Shown: one piece after another, positions 1 to 6,757 of the stretch
Position numbering within the stretch: position 1 is the stretch's first letter
How the letters are laid out: each line of letters begins with the position of its first letter
Source of the DNA: an uncultured archaeon
GTDB lineage: Archaea; Iainarchaeota; Iainarchaeia; Iainarchaeales; CSSED10-239
Direction: 5' to 3'
Assembly: GCA_964586355.1 (NCBI GenBank)
Contig: CAZPGO010000049.1
Location: forward strand, 1 to 10,260
DNA length: 10,260 bases
Position numbers and translations under genes: made by a program
Notes under the pieces: model-generated
Seen by the model: the letters and a program-made list of their open reading frames with translations, nothing else
What the model was told of the DNA's origin: nothing
The model's database searches: none

Positions 1-1
1 A

Positions 2-1240
2 GAATGTTCTGTTATTCCAGAAAATGGAGAAATTTATTATTTAGAACATTTAGCATATATTGATACAAATGCAGATACCTTATCTGGATCATATACATTG
101 ACGAGAAATCTTGATTTTTCAGATTCTGATAGCTATTGTGATAATTCCTATATGCAACAATGGACAGAAGGAGAAGGGTGGGAACCTATAGGATCACAAG
201 AAGCTCCATTTACTGGAGAATTTAATGGTGATGATTACACGATAAGTAATTTATATATTAATAGACTTTTAGTAGATAATCAAGGATTATTTGGTTTAAT
301 ATCTAAAGCAACTTTAGAAAATATAAGCTTAGAAAACATAAATATTACAGGAAAAAATACTTGTGGAGGGTTAGCTGGTGGTGCTATGGGAACACCTTCA
401 GAAAACCTACAAATCAACTCTATTTTTTTAACTGGCTCTGTTTCTGGAAATGATTTTGTAGGAGGGTTATTTGGTTTTTTAACTAATGTATCAACCACAC
501 TTAATTGTGAATTTAATGGATCTGTTACTGGAAATGAATATGTCGGAGGATTAATAGGACATATTTCTAATAATTATTTAAATGAAATAAATACAGTTCT
601 AAAAAGCAAAAGTATAGGAAATGTTTTTGGTAATGATTATGTGGGGGGCTTTATTGGATATTCTTATGGAAAAAATATTTCTATATTAGAATCTTTTTCT
701 AATAGCAATGCTACTGGTGGTTTACGTGTTGGTGGTTTTATAGGTCAAAATTATTTAGCTGATTTCTCTAAATGCTATGCAACTGGTAATGTTTATGGAA
801 ATGGAATCTTAGGTGGTTTCTTAGGTATAAATGCAGGAGGCCTAATTTCAAATAGTTATGCACTAGGAGATATAACTCTTTATGTATTAGATGATATGTA
901 TCTTGAAAGTGCTGCTGGTTTTGTCACATATTCATATTTAGGTGGTGCAAGTATAACAAAATCATATTCTACAGGTAGCATAATTTATGAAAATAATACT
1001 AATCCGACAGATAAAGGGTTCTCTATTGACTCAGTAAGTGAAAATTGTTATTGGAATATAGACACTTCTTCACAATCAACTAGTGGTGAAAATGAAATAG
1101 GACTAACAGATTCTCAAATGAAAAACTCAGACTCATTTGATGGGTGGGATTTTGAAACTGTTTGGGCAATAGATCAAGGGAATAGTTATCCTTATCTAAT
1201 AGATAACCCTCAAGATCCATTACCAGGATCTATAGAATAG
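2..1240 (+). CDS. GLUG-motif parallel beta-helix repeat surface or adhesin-like protein, 5'-truncated at the window edge
   Basis: Frame 2 is open from base 2 (ECSVIPENGEIYYLEHLAYIDTNADTLSGSYTLTRNLDF...), so the TTG at 98 in the ORF track is probably not the real start. The stop is TAG at 1238..1240. Gly-rich motifs recur every 22-30 aa: CGGLAGGAMG, NDFVGGLFGF, NEYVGGLIGH, NDYVGGFIGY, GLRVGGFIGQ, GILGGFLGIN. The module opens with Y-x-L-x-x-(D/N)-(I/L)-D-F ... W-x-PIG ... PFTG-x-F-x-G ... I-x-NL ... GLFG and closes with GLTDSQMKNSDSFDGWDFETVWAIDQGNSYPYL. This matches the layout I know from the Pfam GLUG-motif family of IgA-protease and adhesin-like beta-helix proteins. No homology search was run. 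Confidence 0.85.
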   Translation, partial: ECSVIPENGEIYYLEHLAYIDTNADTLSGSYTLTRNLDFSDSDSYCDNSYMQQWTEGEGWEPIGSQEAPFTGEFNGDDYTISNLYINRLLVDNQGLFGLISKATLENISLENINITGKNTCGGLAGGAMGTPSENLQINSIFLTGSVSGNDFVGGLFGFLTNVSTTLNCEFNGSVTGNEYVGGLIGHISNNYLNEINTVLKSKSIGNVFGNDYVGGFIGYSYGKNISILESFSNSNATGGLRVGGFIGQNYLADFSKCYATGNVYGNGILGGFLGINAGGLISNSYALGDITLYVLDDMYLESAAGFVTYSYLGGASITKSYSTGSIIYENNTNPTDKGFSIDSVSENCYWNIDTSSQSTSGENEIGLTDSQMKNSDSFDGWDFETVWAIDQGNSYPYLIDNPQDPLPGSIE

Positions 1241-1247
1241 AACAAAA

Positions 1248-1445
1248 TTATTTTTTCTTAGAATTAGAAAGAAGCCTTTCTTTTTCTTCTTTAAGTTTTA
1301 CTCTTTCAAAATAATCTGCACTTTTGTAGATCTCATTAAACTTGTCTAGCTTTTTAAACCTTTTTTCAATCTCTTCATGACATTGTTTACAATAGATCTC
1401 AAAGTTACCTATCATTCTTCCGCATCTTATACATTTTTGTACCAT
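1248..1445 (-). CDS. small zinc-ribbon protein (two CxxC knuckles) with a Lys/Glu-rich helical tail
   Basis: The 65-aa ORF reads MVQKCIRCGRMIGNFEIYCKQCHEE.... It has CxxC at residues 5-8 and 19-22, the classic zinc-ribbon spacing. An AAGGTG Shine-Dalgarno-like motif ends about 10 nt upstream of the ATG (minus-strand read: aagaaggtgtaaaataatATG). It has its own upstream AT-rich promoter region, separated from the giant gene by terminator signals. Confidence 0.62.
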   Translation of the reverse strand: MVQKCIRCGRMIGNFEIYCKQCHEEIEKRFKKLDKFNEIYKSADYFERVKLKEEKERLLSNSKKK

Positions 1446-1500
1446 ATTATTTTACACCTTCTTAAATATTATAAATTTTATCTATAGATATTACCTAAAA
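1446..1500 (-). promoter_or_regulatory. putative promoter and RBS of the zinc-ribbon gene (SD-like AAGGTG, TATA-like AAATTTATAATATTT, 12-bp palindrome TATCTATAGATA)
   Basis: The minus-strand read upstream of the ATG at 1445 is ttttaggtaatatctatagataaaatttataatatttaagaaggtgtaaaataat. TATCTATAGATA (plus 1479..1490) is a perfect palindrome. TATA-like words are common in DNA this AT-rich, so the call is weak. Confidence 0.35.
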
Positions 1501-1532
1501 TAAATTTAAATACTTTACTCTTTTTGATAACA

Positions 1533-1580
1533 TATAAAAAAAGGCAAAACACCTTATTTTATGAATCTTTTTTGCCTTTC
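1533..1580 (-). terminator. hairpin plus T-tract, candidate terminator downstream of the giant gene
   Basis: On the minus strand the sequence is gAAAGGCAAAAaagattcataaaataaggtgTTTTGCCTTTttttatatg. This gives a 10-bp stem (1570..1579 pairs with 1540..1549), a 20-nt loop, and a run of 7 T in total. The stem has only 3 G/C pairs and the loop is large, so it is a weak structure. Confidence 0.4.
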
Positions 1581-1633
1581 TAATACTTTTTTAATATTAA
1601 AAGCACCCACAAATAAAACACACAAACTTGGAC

Positions 1634-1640
1634 AAAAAAA
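1634..1640 (-). terminator. oligo-T tract (T7) immediately after the giant gene stop codon
   Basis: The minus strand reads TAA ta TTTTTTT gtcc directly after the stop codon at 1643..1645. Oligo-T tracts are the known archaeal Pol termination signal. The sequence alone cannot show that it functions. Confidence 0.4.
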
Positions 1641-1642
1641 TA

Positions 1643-4600
1643 TTAAAGATCCTTTTTGTTAGATCTTAAATAAACAAACAAAAATCCAAATAAAATAATT
1701 GATATATAAAAGCAAAACAAAACAAAGTTTTTAGGAGCTAAAGGAATATTAAATCCACCAGAACCTCCACTTGTTCCACCACTACCAATATTAAAAATGT
1801 TTCCTGACCCTGTGCTACTTACTTCACCGGTATTAGGATCCTTAGCAAAATACATACCATCCTTAAAAGTATCATTTAAAGGAATCATATGACCATTTTC
1901 TGTATACCAATTACCAGTCTGTGGATCATACCAAAAAGATCCATTCTTTCCTTGAGCAGAGGTTAAGGTCTCAGTATCTCCATTATAGGTTAATCTTGGA
2001 ACACCATTATCAGCAGAAAACTCTAACTTGTGTTCTTGACCATCATCAGTTTTAACAATTATTCCTTCAGGAGTCTGAGTAATATCAGTAATCTTTTGAT
2101 CATATATCTCTCCAGTTTTTTTATCAATAACCTTCATTCTTTGCTCACATTCTGGAGGATCACCAACATAAAAAATAAAAGTTTTTGTTGGGGTATCAAA
2201 CATTTGGAAAGGACCAACATTCTCTAATGCTTTATTCAAATTATCAACATTATCTTTTGCTCTGTCATTATCAGCATCAGGCTGAGCTTTAAAATCTATT
2301 GCAATTTCAGTTTCATCACAACCATTTTGTGCTTTGTTTTCTGTGTTTAATGTAGCTCTTAAACCAGAAATGTCTTTTTCATTTGTAATAGAAGTATACT
2401 CAACCCACATAACATAACTTTTATTTTCAGAATTGTAAATTAATTGGCCTCTTTCAAACTGAACAGCAACATTATAACCAACAAAATCTATATTATCAGA
2501 AACTACAAGTTTTGTAGATCTGTTTCCATTAAAAACAATAGCCTTAGCACCAGAACCTTCAGCGACCTTTCTTGGAGTGCCTTCTGCAACTAATTTTCCA
2601 TTATTTGGAACAATATCATAAGCTGTTGATGGATGAGCATTATTTACCATCTTTACAGGGCCTAAATAATCTATTAGGTTTGTAACACTACCAGGTATCT
2701 CTATGCCTGTTTGATTAAAATACCCGTTTTTTAAACAATTTAAAAAAGAACTATCCTTAACTATAAAATTACCATAACCATCAATCTCAAAAAGATCAGA
2801 ATTACTATCACTTACCGGAATATAACTTAATCTGTGTGGAATAATTTTTGCAGGAATGGATAAATTATCAGCAATAAGACGAACAAAGTCTTTGTTTTTT
2901 GAATCAATTATTGTTTCTTCTACTCCCGTTTCATCAGTAACTTTAAGAGTACCATCTTCTTTATTAATTTCTAAATTAATATTATTTGTTTCATCTTTTA
3001 GTACCTCAACACCCTTATCAGAATAATTACTAGCTCTACACTTTGTGCCAGCACCAAGCTCAACAAAAAACAGGTCACCATTTACTGTGGAATAGGTATT
3101 ACCACCCGTAACTATTTGTGCTTGAGCTATTGGGTACTCAACAAGCTTTTGATCAGCAAAATTTTTAATCTCTTGAGCACCAGCAGAAACTGTTTGTTCT
3201 AGTTCTGTGCCTGCTGTTAGATTTACTAACCCTTCTTCTAATTTATCAGTGCTTTCTGCAATACTTTCAGCGATCTTATTTTTAGAATCAGATTTTACTC
3301 TATCATCTGCTGCTTTTGATACAAATATGTGTGTATAATAACCCTCTTTATCATCAACACATTGATTAATCTCAGGCATAATAAACAAAGCTTGAGGAAT
3401 ATTACTTAATAAAGCAGGAGCTAACCACGTACTTGTATAAGAAGAGACAGCTAAATATGCTATGTGCTCAGCAAGAACCAAAGCACCAGCTGACCTATAA
3501 TCATCAGGCATTACTAAACCTATTGGCATACCCAAAAGTTCCAAAGAATTTAGTTTATCTGCACAAGTTTCTTCATTCTTTTTAGCCATCTCTAAATTAA
3601 TAGAATTCTCTGTTTGTGTATTTGCTAAAACACCATCATAATCTGTGTGATGTGAAAAACTTATTAGGGTTTGACCTTTTTTGTCTAAATTATCTTTTAA
3701 TGTGTTTTCTATAATATAGTTTTGAGTTTTTATGTTTTGAGGAGTTGCATAAGTTATTCTTATACCCTCCAACATACCACTAAATGAAGAACTATCACCA
3801 GTAAATAAATCCACAGAATTTGCATTAGTTTTTGGAGCGCTATTTTCAAGATCTGTAGTTGTGGAAGAATCTGTTGTTTCTTGCGATTCTAAAGACTCTT
3901 GAGAATTTAAAAGATCAGGATCTTCATTTTCTACTGAAAAATTAATTTCTTTTTTTATCTCATCTGTTAGTAAATCATTATCCCCAAACTTATAAGTACA
4001 ACCAGTTCCACAACCAGTACTCATATTATCTGTTATTATTACTATATTATCTACTTCAGATCTTCTAATTTTACCTTCAGTAAGATTAGTTATAAACTTA
4101 TTCATAGATTGACCAATCTGATTATCCATACTACCTGTTAACTCCTTAGTTGCATAAGAAGACCAAAACAAAGCAGAATTAAGATACTTCATAAACAAAT
4201 CCCCTTGATCAGAACCCTCATTTGCAAAAAAATCAACATATGAATCAGAATAAAGAGGGGTAGTTTGATGCTTTATTTGTAAAGAAGTATAAGTTTCTGG
4301 TAACTGTAAAATACTATATTTAGTTAAACCAAGCCTATCTCCAAAAAAAGTATTAAAACCAGACTTTAATTCCCAATAACCAAGATTCCATGCAAAAACT
4401 AAATGATTTCGTGTAAAAAATCTTTGATATGCTGCTCCACTAAACTCCTTCATTTTTTTATTTATTCCACTAATACCTTTACCAGTAACCCACTCCTTAT
4501 TTGAAAGAGTTTTTACCATTTCTTCAGAATTAAAAGAAGCATCCTTAAACTTTTTAGTTAAAAAACCATCATTTATAGAATATGCTGTCTCTATTGGATC

Positions 4601-6736
4601 TAGACCATAAATATCACTGTCTAAATTAGATTTTATAGAATCAAAGACTTCAAATCTACTAATACCCAAAGCCTCTACTTTAGTTTTATTAAACAAATGT
4701 GCAGAGACCTCCACAACCTCATTAGTAGATGGATCAATATACCTTATAAAACCATCAGGTGTTGAATTAGCAAAGGCTTCAACAGCAGTTGTGCCTTTTA
4801 AAACTTGTCTAGTACTATCATTTGGAATAACATTTTGCACTTTTATTTTTTCAACAATAGCAGTAGACCCATCACTAAAAGTAACCTCTACTGGGTCTAC
4901 AAAAGAGGACTTTCCTGCAGCTGATTCATATATAATTTTACCAGTTTTATCATCTACTTTAATGTTTATTTCAAAAGGATCTCCTGCCTTTCTTAAAGCT
5001 TTATCCCCAATACTTGTAGCATCTCCAGAGTTTTTGGAAATAATTTTATTTAAGTTTACTATTTTTTCTGTGTTTGGATCAATCATCTCTCTATTATTAA
5101 CTAAAGCCACAGAATCTAAGCCCTCATCCCAAGAAAAACCCTGAAAAGTATTATTCTTAAATCCTTTCCCTAATTTAACAGCATCAGATGCTGTTGAGAC
5201 AACTGCATCGTATTCAGCAAAGGTTAATCCTTTTTCACCTGTTGTCCAAAGACCAGGAGGTTTGCCTTCAAGTTTAAAATTTTGAATTTTTTTCATTGCA
5301 CTTTTATAAACATCATCATTAACTCTTGCCTCTAATATAGAATTAGCAATTTTAAACTCTTCAAAATATTCTGTTGCAACATCAGTAAATGCATATTTTT
5401 GTGCTTTATTAAAACTATCATTATTTACAATAGCATTATGTAAAAATTCAGAAGTTTTTTTCTTATCAGCAATACCTCCTAAAAACTCCTTCATCTCTCC
5501 ATCAATTTTATACTGTTGAAGATCTCTAAGTCTTATTTCTGGGGTGTTGCGACCAATAACTCCAGAGTTAATATTATTTAAAAAAGCTTCAACATTATGT
5601 CTATATCTTTGAGAAGACAAAGCAATTTTTGTTTGTTGAACTGGGTGTCTTATTAAGTTTGCTGGATCATTTAAAAGATCATGAATAAAACCATTTTTTT
5701 TAATAACACCTGCATTCTCTAATTTTTTTGGAATATAATTAAAAACATTCAATGCCGTTTTATTTTTAAAAATTCTTGCAGCAGTATTTAATATTAATGG
5801 ACTTGCAGAACTAAAGACCATATCAACAGTAAAATACTGATTAAACATTTTATCAAATAAAGAATAGGTGTTAATATAACAATCCTCGCCCCTACATGTT
5901 GTCTGCATCTGAGCTGCAAAAGAATCTGTAAGGGTGTTGTTTTTTATAGCTTTATCTGTGTGCGTATTTAATTTTTCAATATTTAGTCCATTTAGATCAT
6001 TTTCAGGATTGTTTGCAATCTTATTATAATAATTTATTTCCTCCAAAGACATATCACTAAAAACACCAAGATCAATATCAGTAGAATAATCCTTATCTAA
6101 AATTGCTTCTCCTGTTTCTTCTCTTAATTTATTTAGTCCAATAAACTCTAATGCATCTTTTTTTACTATACTTGTTTGTCTCCAAAAACCACTTGCACTA
6201 TTGTTTCTATATAAACCTAAATCTGTTAAATAACAAGCAGCATTTTGAGAAGTATCACATCTTCCAACTCTATATGTACTATCAAGATTAACACCATAAT
6301 AATGGGGACCAATACACACTTTACCCAAAATAGTTGGAATCTCACTAGGATCTATTATTTGGGACGGAATCTCTTTTTTTATTGCAAGATCTCCTGCCTT
6401 AGCATCAGGCTCGGTAAGCAACACTTCATTTCTTTCTAAAACAGACTCTGATTTTACTGGTGTTTGATTAGAAGTAACAACTTCAGCAGAAAAGCCCTTT
6501 AATAGAATAGATCTCCAAAGCTTTTCTACAGACTCTTCAGGAAGCTCAACAGTCATACAACCAGTTCCAGAATCAGCAACAACTTTTTTCTCAGTTACCT
6601 TTGTTTGAGCATCAGCAAAAAAGATGGGCTCTGAATTATTTACTGGCAGATTAAATATCTGAGCATAAATACTGTTAGTAAATAGTATTAAAAAAAATAA
6701 TGTAATTATTTTTTCAGCAGTTTTATTTAGGCACAT
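1643..6736 (-). CDS. giant (1697 aa) secreted, C-terminally membrane-anchored surface protein, no recognisable domain; S-layer, adhesin or host-interaction candidate
   Basis: The ORF is an uninterrupted 5.1 kb. The N-terminus MCLNKTAEKIITLFFLILFTNSIYA|QIF looks like a Sec signal peptide. The C-terminus is a Gly/Ser linker, then hydrophobic FVLFCFYISIILFGFLFVYL, then basic RSNKKDL. By my count the ectodomain has 14 Cys, mostly in close pairs (RC-x8-C, C-x4-C, CGTGC), and about 20 N-x-S/T sequons. An AAGGA motif lies about 14 nt upstream of the ATG, and the gene starts 21 nt after the preceding gene's stop. Confidence 0.93.
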   Translation of the reverse strand: MCLNKTAEKIITLFFLILFTNSIYAQIFNLPVNNSEPIFFADAQTKVTEKKVVADSGTGCMTVELPEESVEKLWRSILLKGFSAEVVTSNQTPVKSESVLERNEVLLTEPDAKAGDLAIKKEIPSQIIDPSEIPTILGKVCIGPHYYGVNLDSTYRVGRCDTSQNAACYLTDLGLYRNNSASGFWRQTSIVKKDALEFIGLNKLREETGEAILDKDYSTDIDLGVFSDMSLEEINYYNKIANNPENDLNGLNIEKLNTHTDKAIKNNTLTDSFAAQMQTTCRGEDCYINTYSLFDKMFNQYFTVDMVFSSASPLILNTAARIFKNKTALNVFNYIPKKLENAGVIKKNGFIHDLLNDPANLIRHPVQQTKIALSSQRYRHNVEAFLNNINSGVIGRNTPEIRLRDLQQYKIDGEMKEFLGGIADKKKTSEFLHNAIVNNDSFNKAQKYAFTDVATEYFEEFKIANSILEARVNDDVYKSAMKKIQNFKLEGKPPGLWTTGEKGLTFAEYDAVVSTASDAVKLGKGFKNNTFQGFSWDEGLDSVALVNNREMIDPNTEKIVNLNKIISKNSGDATSIGDKALRKAGDPFEINIKVDDKTGKIIYESAAGKSSFVDPVEVTFSDGSTAIVEKIKVQNVIPNDSTRQVLKGTTAVEAFANSTPDGFIRYIDPSTNEVVEVSAHLFNKTKVEALGISRFEVFDSIKSNLDSDIYGLDPIETAYSINDGFLTKKFKDASFNSEEMVKTLSNKEWVTGKGISGINKKMKEFSGAAYQRFFTRNHLVFAWNLGYWELKSGFNTFFGDRLGLTKYSILQLPETYTSLQIKHQTTPLYSDSYVDFFANEGSDQGDLFMKYLNSALFWSSYATKELTGSMDNQIGQSMNKFITNLTEGKIRRSEVDNIVIITDNMSTGCGTGCTYKFGDNDLLTDEIKKEINFSVENEDPDLLNSQESLESQETTDSSTTTDLENSAPKTNANSVDLFTGDSSSFSGMLEGIRITYATPQNIKTQNYIIENTLKDNLDKKGQTLISFSHHTDYDGVLANTQTENSINLEMAKKNEETCADKLNSLELLGMPIGLVMPDDYRSAGALVLAEHIAYLAVSSYTSTWLAPALLSNIPQALFIMPEINQCVDDKEGYYTHIFVSKAADDRVKSDSKNKIAESIAESTDKLEEGLVNLTAGTELEQTVSAGAQEIKNFADQKLVEYPIAQAQIVTGGNTYSTVNGDLFFVELGAGTKCRASNYSDKGVEVLKDETNNINLEINKEDGTLKVTDETGVEETIIDSKNKDFVRLIADNLSIPAKIIPHRLSYIPVSDSNSDLFEIDGYGNFIVKDSSFLNCLKNGYFNQTGIEIPGSVTNLIDYLGPVKMVNNAHPSTAYDIVPNNGKLVAEGTPRKVAEGSGAKAIVFNGNRSTKLVVSDNIDFVGYNVAVQFERGQLIYNSENKSYVMWVEYTSITNEKDISGLRATLNTENKAQNGCDETEIAIDFKAQPDADNDRAKDNVDNLNKALENVGPFQMFDTPTKTFIFYVGDPPECEQRMKVIDKKTGEIYDQKITDITQTPEGIIVKTDDGQEHKLEFSADNGVPRLTYNGDTETLTSAQGKNGSFWYDPQTGNWYTENGHMIPLNDTFKDGMYFAKDPNTGEVSSTGSGNIFNIGSGGTSGGSGGFNIPLAPKNFVLFCFYISIILFGFLFVYLRSNKKDL
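1646..1810 (-). other. C-terminal tripartite anchor or sorting-signal-like tail (Gly/Ser linker, NIPLAP motif, TM helix, basic tail)
   Basis: The tail reads GSGNIFNIGSGGTSGGSGGFNIPLAPKN-FVLFCFYISIILFGFLFVYL-RSNKKDL*. Confidence 0.6.
6662..6736 (-). other. predicted Sec signal peptide of the giant protein (residues 1-25, cleavage IYA|Q)
   Basis: The segment has a basic n-region (K5, K9), a hydrophobic core IITLFFLILF, and small residues at -3 and -1 (S-I-Y-A). This is a manual prediction; no predictor was run. Confidence 0.6.
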
Positions 6737-6757
6737 AATTTCTCATAGATTCCTTTT

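Noticed and set aside
98-100. TTG at 98 proposed as the start of the first ORF
   Set aside because: The frame stays open back to base 2, and the upstream residues (YLEHLAYIDTNADTLSGSYTL) belong to the conserved start of the repeat module. The gene is therefore truncated by the window edge and does not start here.
280-498. 72-aa ORF on the minus strand inside the GLUG gene
   Set aside because: It is a shadow ORF lying wholly antisense to a much longer ORF with clear repeat-motif protein signal. Its translation (NPPTKSFP...PPANPP) is simply the antisense image of the GGxxGG repeats.
1446-1642. Search for tRNA, small-RNA, CRISPR or mobile-element signatures in the only sizeable non-coding stretches (1446..1642 and 7310..7444)
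   Set aside because: There are no GC-rich cloverleaf-compatible stems, no spaced direct repeats and no terminal inverted repeats or transposase or integrase ORFs. The content is explained by promoter and terminator signals.
1561-1662. 33-aa plus-strand mini-ORF (MNLFCLSNTFLILKAPTNKTHKLGQKNIKDPFC) in the 1446..1642 spacer, running into the giant gene's 3' end
   Set aside because: It has no RBS or promoter context and overlaps the terminator hairpin and the giant gene's stop region. It is most likely a chance ORF.
2030-2227. 65-aa plus-strand ORF antisense to the giant gene
   Set aside because: It is embedded in the 5.1-kb ORF, has low-complexity Ile/Leu/Ser/Asn-rich content typical of AT-rich antisense frames, and has no upstream signals.
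4791-5144. 117-aa plus-strand ORF antisense to the giant gene
   Set aside because: The same reasoning applies. It lies fully inside the giant CDS, uses a non-ATG start in the track, has no promoter or RBS context, and its hydrophobic composition is an antisense artefact.
4979-6400. Exact 13-nt repeat GATCTCCTGCCTT at 4979..4991 and 6388..6400
   Set aside because: Both copies encode K-A-G-D in the giant protein with no extended similarity on either side. A single 13-mer coincidence in 10 kb is near chance expectation.
6245-6439. 64-aa plus-strand ORF antisense to the giant gene
   Set aside because: It is a shadow ORF within the giant CDS with no independent support.
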